NCBI GenBank assembly: GCA_951406725.2
Contig: OX597820.1
Coordinates: 21,638,001 to 21,702,000, forward strand
Length of the DNA: 64,000 nt
Reading direction: 5' to 3'
DNA from: Octopus vulgaris
Taxonomy: Eukaryota
Every line of letters starts with the position of its first letter. Positions within the stretch are counted from its first letter, which is position 1. The notes beneath the pieces were generated by a model. The model saw nothing but the letters and a program-made list of their open reading frames with translations. It was not told where the DNA came from and did not search any database. Position numbers and translations under genes: made by a program. This document shows, one piece after another, positions 25,205 through 38,281 of this stretch.

Positions 25205-25429
25205 GTGTGTTTGTGTGCCTGTGCTTGTCCCCCCTGCATCGCTTGACAACCGATGTTGGTGTGTCTACGTCCCCATAACTTAGAGGATCGGCAAAAGAGA
25301 CCGATAGAATAAGTACTAGGTTTACAAAGAATAAATCCTGGGATCGATTTGCTCGACTAAAAGCGGTGCTCCAGCATGGCCGCAGTCAAATGACTGAAAC
25401 AAGTAAAATAGTAAAAAAGTAAAAAGAGT
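25000..25429 (+). mobile_element. Group C SINE flanked by ~140-bp direct repeats
   Basis: Direct repeats 24861-24999 and 25430-25571 abut both ends. Confidence 0.9.
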
Positions 25430-25608
25430 ACTCCATTCCCCGTCTTGGCTCTATATCTTATCTTCCGCGCATCTTTCTGTTATGGCATTACTCATAAGTG
25501 TAAATCTTTAAAAAGGATGCAAATAAAAAGAAAGAAAATATTTGAAGGGTATAATATATGCAAAAAGCATTCATAAAATAATCTTCACCCATAATATCCC
25601 CTTTGGGT

Positions 25609-25661
<53 letters not shown>

Positions 25662-26289
25662 AGGGAGAGGTGCAGATACGCTGATAGACAAAGAGATAGA
25701 GAAAGAATTTTGCTCTAAGATAGCACAAAGCATTGTTAAGTAAACTGTTTCTTAGTTGCCAACTTTGTATTGAACAACAAAATGACTAGATTTTGCAATG
25801 TTCTTAAATGTCGTAAGACCCATGATCTGCACTTCTCTAATCCACCGATTCTTACCTGTACCTACTTGACCTCATTCACACAACCTCAACACGCAAATGA
25901 TATCACTGTACACGTCATGGCAACATTTCTCATATGCAGCTGCACAAATTCCCAGGTGTAGAAAATTGCCTCCAATGCCATTAAATTTGTAGTTGCACCT
26001 GCCAAATCCGCCATCTCCCTCCTCAGTTGTAAAACTATAGAATATCAATTCCACCCAACCAGTGCACCCAGCAACATAAACATCAAATCAATAAAGAGAC
26101 CACTACATGGTTAGTTAAATGGCTAGAGATGGCAGCCAAATTTCCCCCAACATATTCTTTACCATTTTTCTTTTGTTTGTTTTAATGATGAAGTCTGAAA
26201 AAATTATTACAAGAGAGACAAGCTTAGAATTGTTTTGGTTTACTCACTCAAGGACGATAGGAATTATAAAGTGTTAAGAACATAAACAT

Positions 26290-27040
26290 TGGCGCTGGCG
26301 TGGCAGTGTGGTAAAATGTTTGCTTCGCAACCACATGATTTTCTACAATAGCCTTGAATCGACCAAAGCCTTGTGAGTGAATTTTGTAGACGGAAACTGA
26401 AAGAAGCCCACCGCATACATACATAATATATATATACATATGTGTGTGTGTGTGTGTGTGTCTATCATTGTGTCTGTGCATGTTCTCCACCACCGATTCA
26501 AAACCGGTGTTGGTGTGTTTACGTCCCCATAACTTAGCGGTTCGGCAAAACGGACAGATAGAATAAGTACCACGCTTATAAATAAGTACCAAGCTTATAA
26601 ATAGGCGTAGAAGTGGCTGTGTGGTAAGTAGCTTGCTTACGAACCACATGGTCCCGGGTTCAGTCCCACTGCGTGGCACCTTCGGCAAGTTTCTTCTACT
26701 ATAGCCTCGGGCCAACCAAAGCCTTGTGAGTGGATTTGGTAGACGGAAACTGAAAGAAGCCTGTCGTATATATATATATATATATATATATACATACATA
26801 TATGTGTGTGTATGCGTGTCAGTGTGTGTCTGTGTCTATGTGTGTGTCTCTGTTTGTCCCCCCAACATCACATGACAACCGATGCTGGTGTGTTTACGTC
26901 CCCGTAAATTAGCGGTTCGGCAAAAGAGACCGAGAGAATAAGTACTAAGCTTACAAAGAATAAGTCCTGGTGTCAATTTGCTCGACTAAAGGCATTGCTC
27001 CAGCATCGCCGTAGTCAAATGGCTGAAACAAGTAAAAGAG
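26290..27040 (+). mobile_element. Group C SINE (26602-27040) following or nested in an older C copy
   Basis: Two successive C heads and bodies. Confidence 0.8.
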
Positions 27041-27316
27041 TAGGTGTCGGTGTCGATTTGTCCGACTAAAAATGTTGAAGAGTACCGGGCGCCGACATAG
27101 GTGTATGGTTAAGAGACTCGCTTTACAAACACGTTGTTTTCGGCTCAGTGTCACTGCGTAACACCTTGAAAAAGTGTCTCCTACTACAGCTCTGGGCTGA
27201 ACAATGCTTTGCGAGGGAATTTAACAGACGGAAACTGTGGAGACCAGTAAAAAAAAAATTATATGCGGGGGTGGTATTGGTTGTCACTCCCTCCATTGCT
27301 TGACGCTCGTGTTGGT

Positions 27317-27546
27317 TTACTCTTTTACTCTTTTACTCTTTTACTTGTTTCAGTCATCCGACTGTGGCCATGCTGGAGCACCGCCTTTAATCGAGCAACT
27401 CGACCCCGGGACTTATTCTTTTGTAAGCCCAGTACTTATTCTATCGGTCTATTTTGCCGAACCGCTAGGTAACGGGGACGTAAACACACCAGCATCGGTT
27501 GTCAAGCAATGCTAGGGGGACAAACACAGACACACAAACACACACA

Positions 27547-27601
<55 letters not shown>

Positions 27602-28065
27602 AACTAATGAGGGTGATAAAATTGTATACTAATTTAATAGTACATCCATTTAACACCAAGCGGCTTAGTGCATATAAAGGTATATTATGTGAGTAAAATT
27701 ACATAATTTATTAATTTATTAATAGCGAAACAATTGTCCCGAACTAATTTGAATTTTTGTTATGTTTATTTGCCCTGTCTGCGCCAGTAGTTGTGCTAAT
27801 ATTCATCTGAAACATTTTTTATGTGACTGAAGCCCAATGGATCTATTTTTAGTGCTAGAGTAGACCACATAGTAGTCGCTCTCTTATATTTATATATATA
27901 TATATACATATATACGACAGGCTTCTTTCAGTTTCCGTCTACCAAATCCACTCACAGGGCTTTGGTCGGCCCGAGGCTATAGTAGAAGACACTTGCCCAA
28001 GGTGCCACGTAGTGGGACTGAACCCGAAACCATGTGGTTGGTAAACAAGCTACTTACCACACCGC
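27317..28065 (-). mobile_element. Group C SINE split by a ~290-bp insertion in its internal (TA)n
   Basis: 3' half at 27317-27550, 5' half at ~27900-28065, foreign sequence at 27598-27890. Confidence 0.8.
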
Positions 28066-28589
28066 CATGTTTACGTTCCTATTACTTAGCGGTTTGACAA
28101 AAGAGAACCGAAAGAATAAATACCAGTCTTTAAAAAAGAAAAAGCACTGTGGTCGATTTGTTTGACTAAACCATTCAAGGCAGTGCTCCCGAATGGCCGC
28201 AGTCCAGTGACTGGAACAAAAAAAAAGGTAAAAAGAACGACACACAAAACATTAGAGAGGAGGCCGTCAGAGTTCCCAATTCAACAAAATTGACCTCTTT
28301 ATTCTGTTCAAGATCGAACCCTCTGATGACACTGGATCACTTTCTCTGCTCAACTCCTAACTCAGGATTACAGACAAGAGGTTTATTTACACCAATTTCT
28401 TCGGGGAAGTGGCCAGCAAGGGCCTATTTGATCACTACGAGTCGGCACTCCCATCAGAACCTAAACCGCTTGTGTACATGCAACAATTTCCTCAATGCAA
28501 CAGAGAAAACCGCCAACACTAAATTAGAGATATGTGAATTGTATATAGTCCTTTAGCTGACTATCTACATATGGCCATACATATCACAA

Positions 28590-29029
28590 TATAAAGATAC
28601 GTTCAAATATCTTTATTGCAATATGTTATTGTATGGGGCTGAGTCAAGGCGAACAACAGTTAAGTCAAATAAGCAAATACAATCATTCATCAACAGATAC
28701 TTAAAATAAGATGGCCCAAACACATAAGTAATATGGAGCTATTGCAAAGAACAAATCAAGTTTCGATTAGGGAGCAAATATTTAAGAAAAAGTGGAAGTG
28801 GATTGGTAGCACAATTAGAAAAGACACACCAAATGTAGCGAAAAGTGCTTTACAGTGGAATCCAGATGGATATAGAAAGAAAGGTAGGCCTAAGAATTTG
28901 TGGCGTAGATCAACACAAAAGGAACTAGAGAAAGGGGAACATTCATGGCAGAGTATATGTACAGAAGCGAAAAATTATGGGACATGGAATTCAATTATAA
29001 GTGGCCTATACTCCGCTTTGGAGAGTTAA
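28590..29029 (+). pseudogene. RTE-clade LINE 3' end
   Basis: LLYGAES..QIQSFINR..ISNMELLQRTNQ..KKKWKWIGSTIRK..AKSALQWNPDGYRKKGRPKNLWRRS; disrupted upstream. Confidence 0.85.
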
Positions 29030-29972
29030 AGGCAGGAAAAAAAAATTGAAAAAACAAAAAAAAAAAAAAAAAGGCGACGAGCTAGCAGAAGAGTTCGCAC
29101 GCCGGGCAAAATGCTTAACTGCATTCCATTCACCTTCACGAACTGAGTTCAAATTCCGCCGAGATCACCTTTACCGTTCATCCTTTCATGGTCGATAAAA
29201 TAAGTAGCAGCTGATCACAGGACTAAATTGCTGGCCTTGTGCCAAAAATTGAAATCAGTGTGTAAAAGAAGCAAAAACTGTAAACGGATTTCTGTCGATT
29301 TCAACGATGAGTATTCACTTGTTCGGTTAACTGAATTCCCTATTTGTTGAATTAGCGTGTGAGTGTTTGAAAGACGAGCCAGTTTTTGATAAAAAAAAAC
29401 AAACTAGCGTGTGAGTGGTCGAGTGCTCCGTAGATATGTGTAGCTTTATCGTAATGTTATCACAGACTATGCCAAGGCTGTATCTCTATATTATAATTAC
29501 AATCTCTCCGACGGAATTCTAAGCAGTTTCCGTCGAACCAATTTTATTCCTATGGATTGGGTCAACGAGAGCCTATGGTAACCGACTGTTGTCCAAGGTG
29601 CTACGTATTTTAAGTAATTTTTTAATTGTTTCCGTGAGACATTGATGTCCAAGGTGCCACGCAGTGGGATCGGATCCAGCATACCTGGAACACCATGATT
29701 ATAAACGAACATTTTAAACATTCGGCTGAAAGATTCATTATTATGTAATGATTATAGGGGTTGCAAGATGGCAGAAACGTTAGAGTATCGAAAAATATAC
29801 TTTGCAGTGTCTGCTACCGCCCTTTACAATCTGTGTTCAAATCTGACCGAGACCGACTTTACCTTCCATCTTATGGGAATCGATAAAATAAGTACCATTT
29901 GAGCACTAGGGTCGATGTAATCGACTTTCCTTTCCCTCAAAATAGCTGCCCTTGAGTCAAAATTTGAAAGAA

Positions 29973-30417
29973 CTAGCAGTATAGCCCGGCGTTGCTCGGG
30001 TTTGTTTTTTAGTTGCGCTTAAAACGGCAGACTTTGATGTCGCGTTAACAAAGTTTTGACATAGTTTCAATCTTTTTTGAAAAGTAAAAATTTTGCATTA
30101 TGTAGCTTGTTATTCCCTATAAGTGAACATTTTTCTGGTTGAAATACATCGAAAAATGGCCACACAGCAGTAAAAAAATCATAAGGAATAGGGATTTTCA
30201 TAGAAAAATAGCACCTTTTTGATGTAAATAACTTTTGGTCTTAACATGGTCCGATTTGAATTTTTTCTTCTACGGAATGAAGAGCAAGCCTTCTTCTATC
30301 ATACTCTCAATTTTGGTCAACTTGCGCTACAGGGTCTCGGAGGGGATAGTGTTAGTTGAAGGCTACCAAACCTGCCACACACACACACACAGACAATTTC
30401 AGCTTAATATGTATAGA
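29973..30417 (-). mobile_element. Non-autonomous Helitron family D, complete
   Basis: Minus strand A|TCTATAC..CCCGAGCAACGCCGGG hairpin..CTAG|T; same family at 34570 and ~57570. Confidence 0.85.
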
Positions 30418-31433
30418 TTATGTAAATATTAAACTGTCGGCCATCTGACAGAATCGTTTGAATATCGGAAAAATGCTTTGCGGTAGCTGATTTGATACTT
30501 TGCGTTCTGAGTTCAAACTCGACCGGTGCCAACTTTACTTTTCATCTTTGCGTGCGTAGTCAATAAAATAAAATGCCGATCCGCAAGATGCATCGGCTAA
30601 CCTTACCTCCTTCATAAAAATTGCTAACCTTGAGCCTAAATCAGGAACTGTTATGTAATTATTATACATATGTATGCATTAGTTGGTTTTTGTATTGGTT
30701 GTTTGTTCACCTTATAATTGTATAACTATCTACCAATCTCAAGATACATCGCATTGAATATGACTGAGATAGACTATATATACAATGGTATGTGGTTAGC
30801 TCGTCTCATATTACCGCAGTTAACTCGGCTTTTCGTCATTCGTGGGCCTATAAAAATAAATATCAGTAATATACTGTACTGATTCAGTTGTCTTTAGTTC
30901 ATCCGTACAAAAGCTGGCATTGTCTCGGCAAAAAGAACCTATTTATATCAAGATAATTTACGCTACTAGCAAAATATAAAAAAATAATGATATCGAGACA
31001 ATTTATAATGGAGTTTAATGTCTGCTTAGAGTCAGTCTTCCTGCGATGTATTGTCAAATATAAGTATTTGCCCTGGCAAGCTTCCACTCCTAATTCACGT
31101 TGATCATGTCAGTTTCAATTGCTTCAACTGCTTCTTGCTACTGGCGTAGATGTTCAGGTCATTAGCAAACAAGTTATGTGTAACTTTGATTACTTTTTGC
31201 TCTCTCTCTCTGTTTCTCTCTCTCTCTCTCGCTCTCTCTCTCTCTCTACCTCTCTCTGCCTCTCACTTTACATATGTGTTCTGGCTTTATTTTATTTAAT
31301 TGCTCACCACAAGAGAACGAGTCAGTTTCCAACCATGAAACAATTGTTCTTGTATTGGAATTTAGACATCAACTAAGTAGTCATGTACAGATGAATATAA
31401 GCATGTATATATACATATATATATATATATATG

Positions 31434-31519
<86 letters not shown>

Positions 31520-31520
<1 letters not shown>

Positions 31521-31815
31521 TAGCAGTTAAGCCCGGTTTCACCCGGTTTGTTTGGATGATGTGGGTGTGATCGTTTTCGGTTAGGCATAATCTATAACAG
31601 CATTTTCAACCTTATCATTTCGGGTCTCCTGTTTCGATTGGAGCCTCCAGCTGTATGAAAATTTCTTCCCCCTACTGTCAGAAAACAGCTTCAGATCGGT
31701 TTTCTCGGTAGGTATGGTGGCTAGGAAAATAATACAAACTGCATTCCAATCTATGCACCCGTCTCCACATGTGTGCCATTTTTCACGCGAATCCACCCAG
31801 TTCATAACCACAAAT
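31520..31815 (-). mobile_element. Helitron 3' end
   Basis: Minus strand CCGGGTGAAACCGGG hairpin followed by CTGCTAG|T in a TA tract. Confidence 0.55.
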
Positions 31816-31818
31816 TCT

Positions 31819-32133
31819 GTGGAGGCGCAATGGCTCAGTGGTTAGGGCAACGGACTCGCGGTCGGAGGATCGTGGTTTCGATTCCCAGACCGGGCGTTGT
31901 GTGTGTTTATTGAGCGAAAACACCTAAAAGCTCTACGAGACTCTGGCAGGGGGTGGCGGCGACCCCTGTTGTACTCTTTCGCCCCAACTTTCTCTCAATA
32001 TTTCTTCTTGTTTCTTGAGTAACGCTGCGATGGACTGGTGTCCCGTCCAGCTGGGGGAACACATACGCCATAGAAACCGGGAAACCGGGCCCATGAGCCT
32101 GGCTAGGCTTCAAAAGCGCGTATAAATAAATAA
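31819..32133 (+). mobile_element. Group A SINE (head 1, tail ..GGCTAGGCTT)
   Basis: TSD CATAACCACAAA at 31803-31814 and 32134-32145. Confidence 0.88.
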
Positions 32134-32967
32134 CATAACCACAAACTACCAACACCACCACAATAATAAAATATGAGGAATAAGTACGATTAAAGGCAAG
32201 AAAAGACAACCACCTCACATGCACAACCGCGAGCACACGCAAATTACGATCACAAATACATAAAACCCACTCACACACATACACATTCACATACACGCAC
32301 ATACGTACGCATACAAGTGCACTCACATAAACTACAAACTTTACACACATACACACACATTTTTATGCTGGCACCAACAAAACTGAGCATATGCAACAAT
32401 AAAAACAAACACAGTGAAAACAAAACAGTATCATAACATACTTGCGTGTTTGCTAACATACAGATGATGTTTGACAACATAACAGACAAAAAAAAACAGT
32501 TGGAGGATTTGAAAACATTGAAAAGGTCACTGTACTGTGCTAAAATGTTTATGACAAGACTAGTTAGCAATAAAAATAAAGCTGAAGTAAACTACAACGA
32601 ATGCGTGTGTTTATTGGCAGTATGGCCCTCCTAAAAGATGGGCATTTCAATACAGGGTTTAAGATACTCATTCTTACAAATAAATCCTACGTTCTGAGTT
32701 CAAATTCGGCCGAGGTCGACTTAGCTTTTCATCCTTTCGGGGTCGATTAAATAAGTACCGGTTACGCACTGAGGGGGTGGGGTCAGTGTAATCGACTTAA
32801 TCCCTTCCACTAAATTTCAGGTTTTGTGCCTACAGTAGAAAGGATTTTTTACAGACTGAAAATCTGTCTTTATTCTATTTGTCAGTATACCAATCTATCT
32901 ATCTATTTGTCTATCTGTCAATACACACACACACACACACACGCACACACACACATATGTAGGTATG

Positions 32968-33011
<44 letters not shown>

Positions 33012-33156
33012 CTAACATGTATATATATGTATGTATATATAATATATATATATATATACTTAATCATATCAAAAGGAAATGGAAATTAATTATGTGTGTG
33101 TGTGTGTGTGTGTGAGTGCGTGTGTGCATGTACATACATATATACACATACACACA

Positions 33157-33228
<72 letters not shown>

Positions 33229-33229
33229 T

Positions 33230-33900
33230 AATGATAATATCGATTATTACGAAGTGGTATAGCATTACCTTTAATTCCTTTTTATATACACAACTTTACA
33301 TAGACCTACACATGTTTCAACTACATCGATTAGTAACTGTCGCAATTGGAACCCTACTATAATACAGTAACTTCAGTAACTTCAGGGGCTTCACTTCAAT
33401 ATCCTTTGATTTATCTGTTTAAAGTCTTTTATTTATCAATTCTGCGTTGTATGATATAGAGTTGTTCGTTAATTTAGACGCGAACTATCTTCAACTGATT
33501 GGATAATCACTTATAGCCTGTTATTTCAAAACATTATTTTGTTTAAATGCTTGTTACTCATTTATACAAAGCAGAGGTGAATTTTCTCATGTGCAAGCAT
33601 CTGAAAGCTTGTTCCTGTCTAGAATTTATTATGTTACCCTTAGATATGAAAATTTAGTAAAATAGGTCTCATTTATTAGTTCCAGGTCTGTATGGTTTTG
33701 CAGTACTAATTAATTCCCAATTGATCGTATAGTCTTTGTTTCTGTCTTTCATAGACCAGATTAATTTGCTTAAACTTGTTTGGAATCCTTTATTTTTATC
33801 TCTAAATGAACTTAAGGGATTAGCCAGTATCTCTTTGAAAATCAGTGCAGTCATACCGATATAAAGGTATTCATTTCCCTCACATGTAACTTTACAATCA
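33230..33900 (-). pseudogene. Penelope-like element 3' remnant: GIY-YIG endonuclease plus decayed hammerhead
   Basis: YDCKVTCEGNEYLYIGMT..FKE..LSSFR..TSLSKLIW..INWELISTAKPYRPG..C(LH)MRK. Downstream on the same strand CTGAAG..GAAACatgtGTA (33302-33390). Bounded by (TACA)n and (TA)n. Confidence 0.8.
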
Positions 33901-33920
33901 TACATACATACATACATACA

Positions 33921-33950
<30 letters not shown>

Positions 33951-33951
<1 letters not shown>

Positions 33952-34565
33952 CTATATACATAAAACTCAACTTGTGTGTCTGTGTGTGTATCTGTGTGTG
34001 TATCTGTGTGTGTTTGTGTGTTTAACTCCCCGGCACATCTCCTCCTAGCCAACAAATCGTAGAACCACCAAAAATGGGTCACTTAAAGTTTAGGCGAATG
34101 AAAATTGAACTGCGCTATTTCTGTTCCGAAATTCATCTCGCAAGTGCAAAAATCGATAATGTGTTTGTTTAGGCCTTATCCCATGCATTGAATAGTGAAC
34201 TTTACTCAGTCAGCTGTTTGACATGAACTGTGTTCACCATGCGTGCAAGCATGCGTAAATTGCATGAAAAATAAAAAATCAAGATATAAAAACGAATCGC
34301 CGTAAACATTGTAGAAATTCGGCAAAGAAATGAATTTTCGGGATGGAGCCTGGAGGGTTTTTTCGTATTAATCGTTTGGACTTTGTGAACACATAGCAAT
34401 TGTTTTCATAACATTTTTAACGTTTTGAATTAAATGTGAGCATTTTGCGTTGAGTCTGCAGTTTGAATCACTTTAACCAAATTTTAGCAGGCCGGATTTT
34501 TGATCATCACGATACATCACCAGCGACTCCCTGAAACTCTCCCCTGAAATCTCCGTTGAGAAATA
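33951..34565 (+). mobile_element. Helitron-like 5' segment of a second family
   Basis: A|TCTATATACATAAAACT followed by a GT-rich tract, like the 5' ends at 9170 and 35881; no own 3' CTAG seen. Confidence 0.5.
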
Positions 34566-34569
34566 TCTA

Positions 34570-34952
34570 TCTATATATATATAAAGCTGAAATTGTCTGT
34601 GTATGGTAGGTTTGGTAGCCTTCAACTAACACTATCTCCTCCGAGACCCTGCGGCGCAAGTTAACCAAAATTGACAGTGTGATATAAGAAGGCTTGCTCT
34701 TCCTTCCGTAGAACAAAAATTTCAAATCAGACCATGTTAACACCAAAAATTATTTACATCAAAAAGGTGCTTTTTTTCTACGAAAATCCCTATTTTTTAC
34801 GATTTTTTGACTGCTGTGTCACCATTTTTCAGAGTATTTCAACCAGAAAAATGTTCACTTAAAGAGAATAACAAGCTACATAATAACAAGCTACAATAAT
34901 TCCAATTCTAAAGGGTCGAAACGAACCAGAGCAATGCCAGGCGATACTGCTA

Positions 34953-34953
<1 letters not shown>
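34570..34953 (+). mobile_element. Non-autonomous Helitron family D
   Basis: A|TCTATATATATATAAAGCTG..GAGCAATGCCAGG..CTGCTAG|T. Confidence 0.85.
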
Positions 34954-34990
<37 letters not shown>

Positions 34991-35030
34991 ATATTTATAC
35001 AAATGATATATATATATATATATATATATA

Positions 35031-35260
35031 GTATTAATAAAAATCTAATAAATTCAACAGGTCTCAGTAAATATATTTAGGACCTTAAATCTAGATCTAT
35101 TAAATATAAATTAACTTGGGAGATTATTTGTAGGGCTAAATCATATTGTATAGGGAGTAATTATTGCTCATTGCGTAATAATGAATTCAAAGAAATATTA
35201 TTGAATAACAATTATGTGTCGGTAAACCCATTGGAGAAACGTAAAATTTAATTGTAAACA
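35031..35260 (+). pseudogene. Second Penelope-like GIY-YIG C-terminal remnant
   Basis: NSTGLSKYI*DLKSRSIKYKLTWEIICRAKSYCIGSNYCSLRNNEFKEILLN aligns with the 33900 fragment; starts at a (TA)n tract. Confidence 0.72.
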
Positions 35261-35353
35261 TAAATGAAATTACCTATATAATAGGTTTAGCTAATAAATA
35301 AATGATTATATAAATTTATTAAGGTAAATTTATCATAGTAATATAAATTAATT

Positions 35354-35402
<49 letters not shown>

Positions 35403-35880
35403 CTTATTTATTATTTAGACTTTAAATTTGTGATAAATAGTCATTTAAAATTAAATGCTAACTTATTTACCTATATAATACGTTTTTAACTTATTTTTCC
35501 ATATGTATAAAACATTATTTCTTGTAGATATAATTTAATAGTATTAGAATATAATTTACTATATTATTATATATTATATTAATATATTTGAATAATTTTA
35601 AACTTAGATATTTCTTAATACATAAATGATTATATATAATTTTATTAAGACCTATTAGTTATAGTAATATAAATTAATTTAATATTATATGTATATTTTA
35701 CGCAATAATTATTTGGAACTTAATTTATAGTAAACTGTCATTTATAGTTCTTTTGTTATTCTATTTTTCTTTAATTCATGAAGCTTAAATATTTTTCGTC
35801 CTTTTCATTAATAAATATTTTTCGTCATTTTCATTGATAATTTTATTCTATTTTTTTACACAACGTCTTCACGTGTTTAA

Positions 35881-36120
35881 TCTATATATATATATAAAAC
35901 TGAGAATGTGTGTCTGTCTGTCTGTCTGAGTATTTCCCTAAAACTTGAGAACTACACAACCAATTTCTTTCAAATCTTACACATGGCTTACTTAGGGTCC
36001 ATGTAGTGTCATGGGCAAAAAAATGCTTAACTACTTGCCTAGGGCGAGCCCACATCAATATCACATCTTCTCCACTATTTTAGTATTACGTGTTAAAAGT
36101 GAAACAAAAGCATCTCTCTA
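35881..36120 (+). mobile_element. Helitron-like 5' end
   Basis: A|TCTATATATATATATAAAACTGAGAATGTGTGTCTGTCTG. Confidence 0.55.
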
Positions 36121-36134
36121 TTGTATGTATATGA

Positions 36135-36176
<42 letters not shown>

Positions 36177-36716
36177 AGATGTATATGTATACATGTATAT
36201 GTATACATGTAACATGTACACATAGATATACATATATATACATGCATACATATATACACCCAAACACACACACGCCTGATCCACCGACACACACACACAC
36301 ACATAGGTGCAGGTGTGGCTGTGTGGTAACAAACCAAAGCCTTGTCAGTGGATTTTGTAGACAGAAACTGAAAGAAATCAATTTTATGTATATATGTAAG
36401 TCTATGTGTGTGTCTCCGTGTTTCTCCCTCATCATTGCTTCACAACTGGTGTTCGTTTATCTACATCCCCATAACTTACTGATTTCACAAGAGGAAACTG
36501 ATAGAATAAGTACCAGGCTTATCAAAATATAAAACAGCACTACGAAGTGTCTCATATTTTTGTTTGCCCACTCAGTTGTATCTATCAATTTATCTTTGTG
36601 TGTGTACGTGTGTGTATACATATATATATATATATATACATATATGTATACACATATATATATATATATATATATAATATATATATATATATACATATAT
36701 TATACACATATAAATA

Positions 36717-36782
<66 letters not shown>

Positions 36783-36863
36783 AGGAAAATATTTTTTGCC
36801 AAACGATACGGTATATACAAGAAATACAGTAAAAATTGTTTACGGAATCTTATTGGGTACTTT

Positions 36864-36909
<46 letters not shown>

Positions 36910-36912
<3 letters not shown>

Positions 36913-37431
36913 CATAGTTCTTGAACCGGTACTTCATGTAATGACTAGGGTAGGGTAACTGACTGCTTATTGTGATAATTCGTCTTTTGGTTTCCTGTAG
37001 CTTTGCTCTCTTTTACAAACCCAGTGAACATATATTTCCTATTTCAAAGAAATTCAAACAATAGAAATAACACCCAAATTAAAAAGATTTTCAACAATTC
37101 AACTTCTCTGGTTGGCATTAAGATGTCCACCTCCTACAGGGGCTTTAACTCTCACATTTTAGACCTCCATGACCTTCATTTTTTTAGGAGCAAAATCTTT
37201 CTAACAGGTTCAATAACACTGGAATTTTGGAATATGTGCATAAAAATCAGTAGTATGGGATACATGTGGCACGATTACAAATTTTTTAGGGTGTGTAAAG
37301 AGGGAAATAACCCTCATCTGCAATTTTGATGAAATTCGAAACATAGATATTCCAGTTCATTACAGAAAATATAACAGAAAAGTCTAATTCTTCAATTGAA
37401 TATAACCGGGCAACGCCGGGTATATCTGCTA

Positions 37432-37432
<1 letters not shown>
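36910..37432 (+). mobile_element. Helitron 3' segment
   Basis: CCGGGCAACGCCGGG hairpin at ~37406-37420 and CTAG|T at 37429-37433; 5' boundary uncertain. Confidence 0.6.
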
Positions 37433-37512
<80 letters not shown>

Positions 37513-37561
37513 TATAATTGATTAGGGAGACGGATGATGGATTTAGTACGCATCTTTATTT

Positions 37562-37670
37562 ATCACGACGATCGTTTCGACTCATCCTGCAGTTGTCCCT
37601 TAGGTGTAGAGTATCGCGCATCTAGTTGTTGTTGCATCACCCAGTGTAAGCAGTGTCACTTCAGGGTGCT
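37562..37670 (-). ncRNA. Hammerhead-like motif (A9 variant)
   Basis: Minus strand CTGAAGT GAC..GTC GAAAC gatc GTC GTG. Palindromic stem III ACGATCGT, weak stem I; adjacent to (TA)n. Confidence 0.5.
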
Positions 37671-38040
37671 TGGTGTAAAAAAGATATCCCACTAGATATA
37701 ATGAGTTCTCCTTGGCATGTTGTTCTCGCTCGTGGTATATATACATATATATATATAAATTAATAAATAAAATAAAACATATGCATATATACATACATAT
37801 ATGTAGGTACCTACCTCTACATGTATATATATATATGCATATATGGGTACAGGACACAAAAAAACGGTCGAACACAATGAGAAACGAAAACATAAACACA
37901 AAACCAAGGAAACGAACTTGTTTTGAACAACGAAAAAATAGAGTACATGACATACAATACAAGGAAAATTCCCCTTCTTCAGTTGCCTCTGTTTCATCTA
38001 CTCGCGTTAAGGTTTGGAGGTGATGTACAGGTATTATATA

Positions 38041-38206
38041 TTAGAAAAAATAAGGTACTCAGAAATCTGGATGGTTTTATATTTACAGATTTTTATTAAT
38101 ATGTCACATGTTTCTATAAATCATATATTAGCGCTTATGTGACATATTAATAAAGAATCTGTAAATGTAAATCCATCGAGATTTCTGAGCACCTTATTTC
38201 TTCTAA
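38041..38206. repeat. ~70-bp inverted repeat, tail-out PLE-type end
   Basis: Arms 38041-38109 and 38137-38206; CATGTTTC (GAAACATG on minus) lies at the inner edge of the left arm. Confidence 0.8.
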
Positions 38207-38215
38207 CACATATAT

Positions 38216-38281
<66 letters not shown>

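Noticed and set aside
33669-33671. TGA at the position of a conserved Cys (GTNK*DL), possibly selenocysteine as reported for some PLEs
   Set aside because: The fragment has other stops and a deletion nearby and I saw no SECIS; simple TGT/TGC>TGA decay is sufficient.
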